Below, one piece after another: positions 53,688-64,000 of a stretch of DNA of 64,000 bases. The notes beneath the pieces are model-generated. The model made no database searches and was not told the origin of the DNA. It saw only the letters and a list, made by a program, of their open reading frames with translations. The DNA is taken from positions 832,001 through 896,000 of the forward strand of contig CAVOHZ010000010.1 in the NCBI GenBank assembly GCA_963695855.1, written 5' to 3'. Origin of the DNA: an uncultured Nitrososphaerales archaeon (GTDB lineage Archaea; Thermoproteota; Nitrososphaeria; Nitrososphaerales; Nitrososphaeraceae). The position numbers were made by a program, and so were the translations under genes. Position 1 is the stretch's first letter; each line of letters begins with the position of its first letter.

Positions 53688-55415
53688 ATGGTTTTGAAAA
53701 TAACTAGAAAACAATATACTGACCTCTTTGGACCGTCAAAAGGTGACAAAATAAGACTTGCAGATACTGACATAATTATTGAAGTTGAAAAGGACTTGAT
53801 CTCCCAAGGAGATGAATGTGTCTTTGGTGGAGGCAAAACGATAAGAGATGGACTGGCGCAAGCATCAGGTATTACCAATGCAAACGGTGCTTTGGACCTT
53901 GTCATAACAAATGCCGTAGTTTTAGATCCTATACTGGGGATTGTAAAGGCAGACATTGGTATCAAGGATGGAAAGATAGCAGGAATAGGAAATTCAGGTA
54001 ACCCATATACTATGGACCATGTTAATACGAACATGATTGTCTCAGCATGTACAGAGGCAACTGCGGGTGAACATACAATTTGTACTCCTGGTCACTGGGA
54101 TACACACGTACACATGATCTCTCCACAACAATACATGGATGCAATTAGCAACGGAATCACTACTATGATAGGGGGTGGAACTGGACCTGCAGATGGAACA
54201 AATGCAACAACATGCACACCAGGGTCCTTCAATATTAGCAGGATGATGGAGAGTGTAGAGGATATCCCAGTAAATTGGGGTTTCTTGGGCAAAGGAAATG
54301 ATTCACATCCATCACTTGCCACACAGATAGAACAAATTGAAGCTGGGGCATGTGGATTAAAAGATCATGAGGACTGGGGAACAACTGCTGCAGTTTTAGA
54401 TGCATCTCTTAAGGCAGTAGACATGACTGATACACAATTAGCTATACATACCGATTCAATAAATGAATGTGGTTACGTTGAAGACACAATTAATGCGATA
54501 GATGGTAGGACACTCCATACATATCATACTGAGGGTGCAGGTGGTGGACATGCTCCAGATATTATGAAAATCGCAGGTGAGCAGTTTGCACTCCCCTCAT
54601 CAACTAATCCAACTAGACCATATACTGTGAATACGGTTGATGAACACCTTGATATGCTGATGTTTTGTCATCACCTCAATCCAGCAGTACCCGAGGATGT
54701 GGCTTTTGCAGAGTCAAGAATCAGAGCAGAAACAATTGCTGCAGAAGATGTATTGCATGATGAGGGAGTGTTGAGCATGTATTCATCTGATAGCCAAGCT
54801 ATGGGCAGAATTGGCGAAGTTGTAATCAGGGCATGGCAAACTGCTGACAAGATGAAGAAAATGAAAGGAAGATTGACAGAAGAAACAGGAGACAATGATA
54901 ATCTTAGAGCTAAAAGGTATATTGCAAAGACTACCATCAATCCTGCTATCACGCATGGTGCAGCTGATATCCTTGGATCTCTAGAAGTAGGAAAATATGC
55001 AGATATCGTTATGTATCAAACACCATTCTTTGCAGCCAAGCCAAAAATGATTTTTAAAGGTGGCTTCATTGCTTGGTCAATCATGGGTGATCCTAATGCG
55101 TCCATCCCAACGCCTGAACCTGTCTATTATAGGCCAATGTTTGGTGCTATGGGTAAGGCGGTAAAAAGGACGTCCTTGACTTTGTCATCAAAGGCAGCCG
55201 TAAACCTTGGAGTGAGAGAAAAACTAGGATTAGAAAAGGTTCTACATCCTGTACACAATTGCAGGAACATTGGCAAAAAAGATATGGTCTGGAACGATAA
55301 AACTCCAGAGATTACGATAGATCCTGAGACATACGAGGTAAAACTGGACGGAAAAATAGCTACAGTTGACCCTGCAAAAGAATTATCCCTAGCACAAAGA
55401 TACTTCATGGCATAA
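53688..55415 (+). CDS. ureC: Urease alpha (catalytic) subunit
   Basis: [33 protein letters not shown] flap and SSDSQAMGR motifs. Confidence 0.98.
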   Translation: MVLKITRKQYTDLFGPSKGDKIRLADTDIIIEVEKDLISQGDECVFGGGKTIRDGLAQASGITNANGALDLVITNAVVLDPILGIVKADIGIKDGKIAGIGNSGNPYTMDHVNTNMIVSACTEATAGEHTICTPGHWDTHVHMISPQQYMDAISNGITTMIGGGTGPADGTNATTCTPGSFNISRMMESVEDIPVNWGFLGKGNDSHPSLATQIEQIEAGACGLKDHEDWGTTAAVLDASLKAVDMTDTQLAIHTDSINECGYVEDTINAIDGRTLHTYHTEGAGGGHAPDIMKIAGEQFALPSSTNPTRPYTVNTVDEHLDMLMFCHHLNPAVPEDVAFAESRIRAETIAAEDVLHDEGVLSMYSSDSQAMGRIGEVVIRAWQTADKMKKMKGRLTEETGDNDNLRAKRYIAKTTINPAITHGAADILGSLEVGKYADIVMYQTPFFAAKPKMIFKGGFIAWSIMGDPNASIPTPEPVYYRPMFGAMGKAVKRTSLTLSSKAAVNLGVREKLGLEKVLHPVHNCRNIGKKDMVWNDKTPEITIDPETYEVKLDGKIATVDPAKELSLAQRYFMA

Positions 55416-55440
55416 GAGATAAACTATACCGACATCTACT

Positions 55441-55466
55441 ATTTTTTATTTTCATTTTCTTTTTTA
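55441..55466 (+). terminator. T-rich archaeal terminator-like tract after ureC
   Basis: ATTTTTTATTTTCATTTTCTTTTTTA, followed by TATA-like GATATATA about 25-30 nt before the next ATG. Confidence 0.45.
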
Positions 55467-55500
55467 TCGAGATATATACCTCATAGTAGGATAATATTTT

Positions 55501-57057
55501 ATGTCTAATCCAAATTATGGAGTTTGGAGACCAATTGCAGAAAACGTAGAGTTTAATGCTCTTGAATCTAATTCACAAGCAGTAATGGCTGTTGCAGAAA
55601 CAGTCAGAACAACTTTAGGTCCAAAAGGTCTCGATAAACTCTTGATAGATCAAGCTATGAATCGACACGTTTCAAACGATGGTGTTACCATTTTACTCTC
55701 TTTAAGGGCCATACATCCAGTTGCAAGAATGATAGTCGAAATTGCAGAAAGACAAGAACAGCTAGTCGGTGACGGTACAACTACTGCAGTTGTAATGGCT
55801 TCTGAAATGATAAAAGAAGGGAAGAGACTAGTGAAGGAACTAGGAGTTCATCCAACCAAAGTAGTGGAAGGTATAGATAACGGTGTTAAACAAGCATGTA
55901 AACTTTTAGAAAAACAAGCAAAGAGTATATCATTGAATGATGACGAGCTTGAACAAGTAATAAGAACTTCTCTCAATTCTAAATTAGATGGTGCAAATTT
56001 ATCTACATTGGTTATCAACTCCATTAGAACCATTGGAGAAAATTCTGTCTATAACTCATCATTTGATTTTGGTAAATCAATTAAAGTGATAAGAAAAACA
56101 AACGTGTCTGACACAGTATTCAATGGTGTTGTCTTGGAAAGAAAAAGACTCGATACAGAGATGCCATTAAAAATTGATAAACCTAAGATAATGATAGTAA
56201 AACTAGACTTAAAACCAGTTAAAGAATCATGGTTGAAAGAAAATAATCGTTATGAAGAAATACTGACCATGGAAAATGATAGACTTTCAAAGTCTAAAAA
56301 GATAGTTGATGAAATTGTGTCTACTGGAGCCAACACACTTTTGATAGCCTCTCCAGAAATAGATGAGGTTATAGAAAATCTTTTAGTGTCTAAAAAAATT
56401 TTTGCTGTCAGGATCTCTTCTGATGAAATTGAATTTCTGTCTCGATATCTTGGAACAAGGCCTGTGAGAATGATAGATGATCTACAAGGGGACAGTATCA
56501 TTGGAAATGCTGGCTGCATTCAAGAAAATGAAGATGAGGGATTAATTTACCTTGAAAATGGTTCTGAAAAAAATATTGTTTCCATAATAGTATCAGGAAC
56601 TACTAAAGAGACATCCCTTGAGAGGTGGAGATCAGTAATAGATGGAGTTAATGCTGCTGAAGCCGCCCTTAATAAAGGTGTTGTAGCTGGAGGTGGAGCA
56701 GCAGAATTACATGTTATTGAAAAGTTAAAAGGTTTGAGGATGAAAGGCCTAGAGCAGGTAGGAGTTGAGGTAGTAGCGTCAGCACTTGAAAGCATAATGA
56801 GACAAATTTTAACAAATGCTGGTTTTAATGGTCTAGAAAAAGTTATGGCTGCAAAAGCATCAAAACAAAATATTGGTGTTGATATAGATAGTGGTGATCT
56901 AGTGGATATGTGTGAAAAGGGGATTATCGATCCTTTATTGGTTAAAATAATGGCCCTCGAAGCTGCTGGAGAAATTTCAAAATCTGTCCTTCGGATTGAT
57001 AGAAATCTTGCCGCCGAAGACCTAAGTCAACAGGCCGTTTCTGAAACAAGGAGGTAA
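55501..57057 (+). CDS. Cpn60/TCP-1 superfamily chaperonin, divergent (group III-like features)
   Basis: [37 protein letters not shown] and IIDP..VK motifs; no GGM tail. Confidence 0.9.
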   Translation: MSNPNYGVWRPIAENVEFNALESNSQAVMAVAETVRTTLGPKGLDKLLIDQAMNRHVSNDGVTILLSLRAIHPVARMIVEIAERQEQLVGDGTTTAVVMASEMIKEGKRLVKELGVHPTKVVEGIDNGVKQACKLLEKQAKSISLNDDELEQVIRTSLNSKLDGANLSTLVINSIRTIGENSVYNSSFDFGKSIKVIRKTNVSDTVFNGVVLERKRLDTEMPLKIDKPKIMIVKLDLKPVKESWLKENNRYEEILTMENDRLSKSKKIVDEIVSTGANTLLIASPEIDEVIENLLVSKKIFAVRISSDEIEFLSRYLGTRPVRMIDDLQGDSIIGNAGCIQENEDEGLIYLENGSEKNIVSIIVSGTTKETSLERWRSVIDGVNAAEAALNKGVVAGGGAAELHVIEKLKGLRMKGLEQVGVEVVASALESIMRQILTNAGFNGLEKVMAAKASKQNIGVDIDSGDLVDMCEKGIIDPLLVKIMALEAAGEISKSVLRIDRNLAAEDLSQQAVSETRR

Positions 57058-57066
57058 AAGAGAGAA

Positions 57067-57459
57067 GTGCAAATTCGTCACTGTGTACAAGAAGATAATG
57101 TAAATGAACACATGATAATCAAGGATCCCACAAAAATAAGACACGTAGTTATTTTTGGAGGAAAGATAAAATCAATGTCAGGTTTTATTGATCCTGCTTC
57201 TCATCTTAATATTGATTATCCACTACACAAGGTAACAAAATGTGTTATTGCGAAGAAATTTGAGTTAGGTTCTGATATTCTTTTCTCTGATAACGGGTTT
57301 ATCTTTGCCTTGGTGATGTCTTCACATTTTGATAATTATGGATACCTAGACTATACAAAAAATCTTTCTGAAATGATTGAAAAAGTAAATAATCTTAAGA
57401 CTTCTAAATCAGTTAAAAAAGTATTGGAACAAGAAAATACAAGAGAGCAGGTTGAGTAA
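57067..57459 (+). CDS. Hypothetical His/Cys-containing protein in the urease accessory operon
   Basis: GTG start with a GGAGGT Shine-Dalgarno sequence at the chaperonin 3' end; tightly packed between cpn and ureE. Confidence 0.75.
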   Translation: MQIRHCVQEDNVNEHMIIKDPTKIRHVVIFGGKIKSMSGFIDPASHLNIDYPLHKVTKCVIAKKFELGSDILFSDNGFIFALVMSSHFDNYGYLDYTKNLSEMIEKVNNLKTSKSVKKVLEQENTREQVE

Positions 57460-57467
57460 TAAAAAAA

Positions 57468-57983
57468 ATGATAACTATCAATAATATAATTGGTAATTTA
57501 ACGAAAGACTTTAAATTAAAAGAAAAATATGAATTGATGCTTAGGAAAGGTAACTGTGAAAAAGTAAAAATCAATAGGTTAGAATCCCAAAGGCTCAGAA
57601 TGAGAAAGAATACAGACAAGGGATCTGATGTTATTTTTGTTTTTGACCATAATCCACAACTTCGACATGAGGATGTTGTATTTTCAGATGATGAGAAGAT
57701 GATTATTGTTGAATTGGAACCAGAATACGTCGGTATAATTACATTGAAAAATTATAATAATAACGAAGATATGTTTTCAATGTCGATAAAGATTGGTCAT
57801 ACACTGGGAAATTTACACAGACCAATTCAGGTAACAAAAAATCAAGTATATTTTCCATTACAAGCAGAGACAGAAATTGAAATGCTTACAAAACTCTTTT
57901 CATCATTCAGTCAATTTCTTGATATCAAAACTGATTATATGGTCTTTGAACCAGAAGAAGGACACCATATTCATGAACATTGA
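57468..57983 (+). CDS. ureE: Urease accessory nickel chaperone
   Basis: R.R..TDKG, GHTLGNLHRP and C-terminal HHIHEH motifs. Confidence 0.92.
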   Translation: MITINNIIGNLTKDFKLKEKYELMLRKGNCEKVKINRLESQRLRMRKNTDKGSDVIFVFDHNPQLRHEDVVFSDDEKMIIVELEPEYVGIITLKNYNNNEDMFSMSIKIGHTLGNLHRPIQVTKNQVYFPLQAETEIEMLTKLFSSFSQFLDIKTDYMVFEPEEGHHIHEH

Positions 57984-58737
57984 TGCCATCGATCTTCAGT
58001 TAGAAGAGATAAGCATTATGCAGTTAGGGGACTCTTTTTTTCCAACGGGGATGTATACGACCTCAAGTGGATTGGAGTCTCTCTATTACAATAGAAAGAT
58101 AAAAGATAAACAAAAAATTTTAGAATTTATTTCCGTATCTCTGAAATATCAAATAGGTCCAGCAGACTGTACAGCACTCTCTAACGCTTATCATTTTGCT
58201 AAAATTTCAGATTTGCAAGGCGTAATAGAGATAGACAAATTACTTTTTTCTATGAAGTTAGTTAAGGAGATACGAGATGCTTCGACAAGGTCCGGAACAC
58301 AATTGTTAAGTTGTGTATCAAGTTTCGTTAATGAAAGTATTACCGACGATGTCGCAACAAATTTAATTCATGATAATATTCTTACTCCTGCCAAACTGGT
58401 TTCATCCTATTATAATGCGATAAAGAATAAAACTGCTCATGGTATTTATCCAGTTGCATTAGCGGTAGCGTCAAATGCATTAAACATAAGAAAAGAAAGG
58501 GCTTGTATGCTTTTATTGTACGGATTTACGGTAAGCATAGTAGGTGCGGCACTTAGATTGGGAATGTTACAACATTTTGAAGGACAGCAAATAATTCATT
58601 CTTTAAAACCAGTGATGATAGAGGTTATAAAAACAAATATTGATAGACCTTTTTCTCATATGTGGCAATTTTCTCCTGGAATCGATATTTTGCAGATTAC
58701 ACATGAGAGGATGGATTCAAAAATGTTTATTACATAA
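57973..58737 (+). CDS. ureF: Urease accessory protein F
   Basis: QLGDSFFPTG.Y..SSGLE, AALRL and HE....KMFIT motifs; start placed at ATG 57973. Confidence 0.92.
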   Translation: MNIDAIDLQLEEISIMQLGDSFFPTGMYTTSSGLESLYYNRKIKDKQKILEFISVSLKYQIGPADCTALSNAYHFAKISDLQGVIEIDKLLFSMKLVKEIRDASTRSGTQLLSCVSSFVNESITDDVATNLIHDNILTPAKLVSSYYNAIKNKTAHGIYPVALAVASNALNIRKERACMLLLYGFTVSIVGAALRLGMLQHFEGQQIIHSLKPVMIEVIKTNIDRPFSHMWQFSPGIDILQITHERMDSKMFIT

Positions 58738-58758
58738 AATATTTATCATTTATTTGTT

Positions 58759-59424
58759 ATGACTGTTAAAAGAATTCCTCGAGTTGGTATCGGTGGACCT
58801 GTTGGATCAGGAAAAACAATGTTAATTGAACAATTTGTTCCTTTATTAAGTCAAAAAGGATATAAGACGGCAATTGTCTCCAACGATGTAGTATCGAAAA
58901 TAGATGCTGATCGGATGCGAAGAAACTTGGCATCCGAACAAGGACTACTACCAGAAAGTCTGGTAATAGGACTTGCTACAGGCGGATGTCCACATACTGC
59001 CATAAGGGAGGATCCTTCTATGAATATTTCTGTGGTTGAAGAAATAGAATCCAAACATAATGAAGATCTTGATTTGATAATCATTGAAAGCGGTGGTGAT
59101 AATATAACAACAACGTTTAGTCCTGCATTGGCTGATTACTTTATCTATATAATAGATGTCTCTAGTGGAGATAAATATCCCAGAAAACGTGGTCTTGGAA
59201 TAGAGAGTTGTGATCTTTTGGTGATTAATAAAATTGATCTTGCTCCACTTATAGGTGCAGATCTTAAAGTAATGGAAAATGATGCTATTATCGTCAGAAA
59301 AAACAAACCATTTCTATTTGTTAATTGTAAAACTGGTCAGGGAGTGAAAGAAGTTTCAGAACATATTATAAAAGATGTTTTGTTTGAGGCACCCCCAAAA
59401 ACTCTTCTAAAGAAAAACAATTAG
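58759..59424 (+). CDS. ureG: Urease accessory GTPase
   Basis: GGPVGSGKT, TGGCPHTAIRED, ESGGDN and NKIDLA motifs. Confidence 0.97.
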   Translation: MTVKRIPRVGIGGPVGSGKTMLIEQFVPLLSQKGYKTAIVSNDVVSKIDADRMRRNLASEQGLLPESLVIGLATGGCPHTAIREDPSMNISVVEEIESKHNEDLDLIIIESGGDNITTTFSPALADYFIYIIDVSSGDKYPRKRGLGIESCDLLVINKIDLAPLIGADLKVMENDAIIVRKNKPFLFVNCKTGQGVKEVSEHIIKDVLFEAPPKTLLKKNN

Positions 59425-59447
59425 ATAATGAAAGAGTTTACATAATT

Positions 59448-60383
59448 ATGATACCTCTTGATCTAGATTATTTCATCCCAAAGGATATTCCCAGAGAGGT
59501 TTTATCTTATGAAGCAGTTTTGACTCAACTAGGGGTAGGTAAAGCGGGAAAGCTTGGAACATTGATTTTGTCCCTTGAAAAGGATCAAAATCTAAATAGA
59601 ACAATAATAAGAGAACAGTACTGTAAAGTTCCTCTTTTTGTTCAACGTGCGCTATACCTTGAAGAAAGTCTGCCATCTATGGCATATATCTATATAATGT
59701 CTCCTTCTGGAGGAATTCTCCAAGGTGACCGGTATAGAATAGATATCAAGATAGGTGATAGTGCATTAGCTCATATGACCACCCAGGGAGCTACAAGACT
59801 TTATAGAATGGATAAAAACTATGCAACTCAGATAGTCAATATAACTTTGGATAGCAACAGTTATTTTGAATTTGTGCCCGACCAGATAATACCCTATAGG
59901 GATTCTAGGTTCTATCAATCTGTAACTTTGAATATTCATGAGGAGGCTACCATGATATATTCTGAAACAATAGTGCCAGGACGTATGGCTATGGGTGAAT
60001 ACTTTAATTATGATATTTGTTATTTAAAAATGATTGGAAAGAACCAAGAGGGCATATTACGATTTATTGATACTGCATTGTTACAACCCAAGAAAAATGA
60101 TCTAAAGATCCTTGGAATTCTTGAAGAATTTAATATGTTATGCAATACGTATATCCTCACACCACCCAGATATGTTGAGAAATTGAATGATAGTATAAAT
60201 GATAAAATATCTCTATTTCCAGAGGTCAGAGGTGGATGCTCTGTGATGCCTGATGAATCAGGAATAGCTATTAGAATCTTGGGAAACACAATAGATAGAT
60301 TAAAAGAGGTTACATATTCTATATTAGGGATGTGTAGACATGAAATCCTAAATGCGAAGTTTAGTGGAATTCGCAAAAACTAA
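59448..60383 (+). CDS. ureD: Urease accessory protein D/H
   Basis: PSGGILQGD, TTQGATRLY, PDQIIPY and PGRMA.GE motifs. Confidence 0.93.
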   Translation: MIPLDLDYFIPKDIPREVLSYEAVLTQLGVGKAGKLGTLILSLEKDQNLNRTIIREQYCKVPLFVQRALYLEESLPSMAYIYIMSPSGGILQGDRYRIDIKIGDSALAHMTTQGATRLYRMDKNYATQIVNITLDSNSYFEFVPDQIIPYRDSRFYQSVTLNIHEEATMIYSETIVPGRMAMGEYFNYDICYLKMIGKNQEGILRFIDTALLQPKKNDLKILGILEEFNMLCNTYILTPPRYVEKLNDSINDKISLFPEVRGGCSVMPDESGIAIRILGNTIDRLKEVTYSILGMCRHEILNAKFSGIRKN

Positions 60384-60469
60384 CGGTTAAAGAGATCTTT
60401 TTTATATTTCATTTCTTTATTTATTTTTCATTTTGTTAGTCTTTATGATTTTATTTTTATATTATGATC

Positions 60470-60622
60470 CTACTTTCTTGATATCGTCCAAAACTCTATT
60501 ATTTTGACCCTATGGTTATTATTGTTTCTGTGAATCTCTGAATCAACGATGTTGTCAAAAACCTGATCACATTCCTCACACCAAGAGGTACATTTTTTCT
60601 TACTTTTATCTAATGCATTCAT
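60470..60622 (-). CDS. Small C2H2-type zinc-finger protein (50 aa)
   Basis: MNALDKSKKKCTSWCEECDQVFDNIVDSEIHRNNNNHRVKIIEFWTISRK matches C-x2-C-x3-F-x8-H-x5-H. Confidence 0.6.
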   Translation of the reverse strand: MNALDKSKKKCTSWCEECDQVFDNIVDSEIHRNNNNHRVKIIEFWTISRK

Positions 60623-60866
60623 CTCTTATTTAGAACGACAAAATTATTATTAAATGATCTGTTTATACGAGTCTTTCAATTAAACAATCAAATATTAGAT
60701 GAAATTTCAATATATTTTCTAAATTATGCAATTTACTTGATGATAGTACATATTGATATTACTTATTGATATTCTTAGTACATCATTTGCATACTTTGAT
60801 AATGATATCAGGTATCTATTGATTAGTTTTAAATGAAAAAGACAATAATGAATATATTTATGATAG

Positions 60867-61388
60867 ATGAAGAGTCTTCGGAGATTACTCTTTTTGGATA
60901 ATAACTCTATGAAATTTCAAAAGAGCCCTAGTGATTCAAAAGCAGAATCCACTATTATGATGTTGCCATCAGATGCAAATCCTAAGGGAAACGTCTTCGG
61001 AGGATCTATTCTAAAACATGTTGATTTAATTGCTGGTATTGTAGCTAAAAGACATGCCAACCAGTCAAATATTGTTACTGCAAGTATGGATAGAATGACT
61101 TTCATCAAACCCATATTTATTGGAAATGCGCTCATCCTTTCAGCAAGAATTAATTATGTTAAAAGATCTTCTATGGAAATAGAAGTAAATATTTATTCAG
61201 AAGATCTTGATTATAATACTAGAGTTCATGCCGGTAAAGCATTTGTGACTATGGTCGCACTTGATAAATACGGTAAACCCATGGAAGTACCTCAACTCCT
61301 TTTAGAATCCGAAAGCGATAAAACTCGATTCAAAGAAGGAGAGGAAAGAATGGGAGTTAGGCTGAAAGAATCAGGTAAATTTAAATAA
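60867..61388 (+). CDS. Acyl-CoA thioesterase (hotdog fold, YciA-like)
   Basis: PSDANPKGNVFGG, VTAS.D, SSMEIEV and FVTMVALD motifs; true start may be 60909. Confidence 0.9.
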   Translation: MKSLRRLLFLDNNSMKFQKSPSDSKAESTIMMLPSDANPKGNVFGGSILKHVDLIAGIVAKRHANQSNIVTASMDRMTFIKPIFIGNALILSARINYVKRSSMEIEVNIYSEDLDYNTRVHAGKAFVTMVALDKYGKPMEVPQLLLESESDKTRFKEGEERMGVRLKESGKFK

Positions 61389-61588
61389 ATAGATATATTT
61401 TCAACATTTACAATTCTTGATAAATCCCTACAAAAGGTGTCCATCTCTACTTGGAACATTTTTTTTTGTTTGTTTTATTAGAATTGATCTAAGATTTGTT
61501 TTATGGATAAAACCTATATAAAATTATTTATAAAAATTTTGTGAAATTGTTTATAATAAATGTCGTACATAATCAATTAGTATAAACG

Positions 61589-62140
61589 ATGTACCAAAAA
61601 AATTTATTGTTAATTATGACTACCTTAATTACTTCGATATTTTTGTTCTATGGAGGATTAAATGCGGCTTTCTCAGCATCTGGTGATAATTTTAGTGCAA
61701 ATCTGGATGGGGCACAAGAAGTACCACCGGTAACTACTGAAGGAACAGGTATTGCCTCTTTGCAAATGCAGGATAATACCATAACATATCAGGTAAACGT
61801 CGTGAATACCGATAAAATAACTGGAATTCATATCCATAAAGGAACAAGTGGAGAAAATGAGGACGTACTTGTCAGTTTGTATACCCGAGATACAGATGGT
61901 GGTGATATCCCATCTTTACCTAAGAACATCGAGCCAAAAATTGATGTTGCATCAACTGTTCAAAGATCCAGTCAATTCTCATCAAGTGGGAACTTCCATG
62001 ATTACGATCTGCAAGGCTCTCTAGAAGGAAAAACGTTAGAAGATCTAGTTTCTCTGATACAAAGTGGACAAACATATCTAAATGTACATACAACAAGTTA
62101 TCCTGATGGTGAGATTAGAGGACAGATATCGAGCAAGTAG
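61589..62140 (+). CDS. Secreted CHRD-domain protein
   Basis: LDGAQEVPPV, IHIH and YLNVHT..YPDGEIRGQI motifs. Confidence 0.9.
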   Translation: MYQKNLLLIMTTLITSIFLFYGGLNAAFSASGDNFSANLDGAQEVPPVTTEGTGIASLQMQDNTITYQVNVVNTDKITGIHIHKGTSGENEDVLVSLYTRDTDGGDIPSLPKNIEPKIDVASTVQRSSQFSSSGNFHDYDLQGSLEGKTLEDLVSLIQSGQTYLNVHTTSYPDGEIRGQISSK

Positions 62141-62182
62141 ATCGAAATTAAATATATCTCCCAAAGTATTCTGTATAATATC

Positions 62183-63019
62183 TTGGGAAATGAAGGATTA
62201 AGAGTTGACGAATCGGTTCAATTAACTAAAAGTGATGGTAGGAAAGTCTTATTTGATTTTGATAAGATTATATCCACATGTATAAGAGCCGGTGCTAGTA
62301 GAAATCTAGCTGAAGAGATTGCACAAAAAGTATATGAACAATCTTATGATGGCATGACTACAAAAGAGGTATATAAAAAAATACTTCGATTTCTAAAAGA
62401 CCAACATTATCCAAAGATACAAAATAGGTATAGACTACGCGAATCAATAATGTCCCTTGGCCCTACCGGCTTTATTTTCGAATCCTTTGTTGGTCAGATT
62501 CTTGAAAAACACGGATATAGCATGGAATCTATAAGATCCAAAGTCAAAGGTCAATGTGTAGAACACGAAATTGATCTAATTGCACGTTCTTCAACAAATG
62601 ACCGATATATGATAGAATGCAAGTATCATAACATTGCGGGAATATTTACTGGTCTAAAAGAGACACTATACACTCATGCAAGGTTTCTTGACCTAAAAGA
62701 GGAGTTCGATCGGGAGATGCTTGTGAGTAATACACAGATTTCTGGAGATGCTATCCAATATGCAAAATGTGTTGGACAAGATGTATTGTCGTGGCGATAT
62801 CCAAAAGATAATGGATTAGAAAAGATGATTGAAGATCAAGGACTTTATCCAGTAACTCTTTTACATTTAAATAAAAATGAGTTAGATGCCTTCGCAAAAA
62901 TTAATTTCTTATTAGCAAGAAATCTTCTCAATGTAAATATTGATGAATTATCTAGTCAGACAGGAATTTCAACGAACCGGTTAACCACACTTCAAAGTAA
63001 GATCCATCAGATTCTGTAG
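62183..63019 (+). CDS. ATP-cone domain fused to an Mrr-like PD-(D/E)XK nuclease
   Basis: KSDGR...FD..KI...GMTT.E ATP-cone; LGPTGF.FE and HEIDLIA..IECKYH nuclease motifs. Confidence 0.8.
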   Translation: MGNEGLRVDESVQLTKSDGRKVLFDFDKIISTCIRAGASRNLAEEIAQKVYEQSYDGMTTKEVYKKILRFLKDQHYPKIQNRYRLRESIMSLGPTGFIFESFVGQILEKHGYSMESIRSKVKGQCVEHEIDLIARSSTNDRYMIECKYHNIAGIFTGLKETLYTHARFLDLKEEFDREMLVSNTQISGDAIQYAKCVGQDVLSWRYPKDNGLEKMIEDQGLYPVTLLHLNKNELDAFAKINFLLARNLLNVNIDELSSQTGISTNRLTTLQSKIHQIL

Positions 63020-63315
63020 ATTTATTGAATTATTTTTTTTATATCAACTAATGTGAAAGTATTATTTAACTGTCAATTGTTTCATGTGTTTAATTGATTA
63101 TCTATCGGTCTCAAATTATAATAAAATGATAAAACAAACATGCCATATGAGGTTGATAATTGTAGATGATGATGAAAATAAATTCAACAGAAAAATTCAT
63201 TAAAAATAAATTAGCTTTCACTTTAGAGTTTTTTATTGTGTATATATATATTCTAAAATATTAGTCGACATCGACTAAATATACAAAAATAGACTATTTT
63301 GATGGATTAGTCAAG

Positions 63316-63633
63316 TTAAGGTAAATCATATGATTGTGTGACATCATAGATGAAAATCTTGCCATGGATTTTACTAGATTTTTTTACCTCATCTAGTATT
63401 TTATCTACTTCAGAATCAGGAATAACCACTTCTACTCTTTTTCTCGTTACGAATTCAGGAACAAACTTTTTCCCAGATCTATATCCGTCTATTATTTTCT
63501 CTACCTCTCCTCTTTCTAATTTTCCTCGTCCTGCTATTTCAAAATACGATATTCCCTCAACATTATTTTTTTGTAAAACTTCTTTAATAGATTCGAGATC
63601 CGTATTACGGATATAGAAGACTAATCCTTTCAT
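63316..63633 (-). CDS. P-II family protein (divergent)
   Basis: GRGK T-loop entry, RVEVVI and GKIFIYDV motifs. Confidence 0.8.
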   Translation of the reverse strand: MKGLVFYIRNTDLESIKEVLQKNNVEGISYFEIAGRGKLERGEVEKIIDGYRSGKKFVPEFVTRKRVEVVIPDSEVDKILDEVKKSSKIHGKIFIYDVTQSYDLP

Positions 63634-64000
63634 TGTTAATGTATTCTAGTTTATTTATATAACTCTTTTCAACTTATTTTAATTTAAATGCATTAATTAT
63701 AGTTTTATTGTAATACAAAATGTTTTTTACTATAGTACAAATTGCCAATGTTTGGTCACAAACACTTTATCAATCTAAAAATAAGTGCTAAAAAACATAA
63801 AAATTATCTCAGTAATTGTTATGTTCTATTTCAACAAACCAGTTCATTTATCTGACTAGCAAACCCCTTGTGCACATGGTCCTCTCTAGTAAAAAGAAGG
63901 TTTTTCGATGAATGGTCATGTATGTGTGCTGTTGCATATGTTAGCGCTCTAGCTATGATATATTTTTGCAGCTTTGTCTATTGCTCTTTTGATTGCAACC

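Noticed and set aside
53195-60376. Antisense and alternative-frame ORFs over the ure and cpn genes
   Set aside because: They overlap well-supported genes and show no motifs
63148-63203. MRLIIVDDDE receiver-like start
   Set aside because: Only about 18 codons; a relic at most

Overview
AT-rich archaeal DNA whose gene content points to a terrestrial ammonia-oxidising archaeon of the Nitrososphaeraceae (Nitrosocosmicus-like). This is inferred from a DnaJ-ferredoxin fusion, CHRD proteins, HTH_45 winged-helix regulators, PsbP-like and Tyr/Asp-rich secreted proteins, and a degenerate SelB-like factor. The left part (1-19 kb) is accessory and decaying: an IS5 element, remnants of an integrated element (RHH and Zn-finger pseudogenes, a degenerate tRNA 3' half), many pseudogenes, a secreted lactonase, a secreted intradiol dioxygenase and a tandem-repeat protein. 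The middle (19-42 kb) carries mixed metabolic and exported-protein genes. The right part (43-60 kb) is a urea/nickel island: a pseudogenised DUR3-type urea symporter, Lrp, an orphan ParB, a ZnuABC/TroA-type ABC transporter preceded by a NikR-type operator, nikR, a UT urea channel and ureABC...ureEFGD. The most striking element is a divergent, group III-like chaperonin plus a His/Cys-containing 130-aa ORF inserted between ureC and ureE, a candidate dedicated urease folding/metallation module. All family assignments come from reading motifs and recalling family features; no database searches were run.
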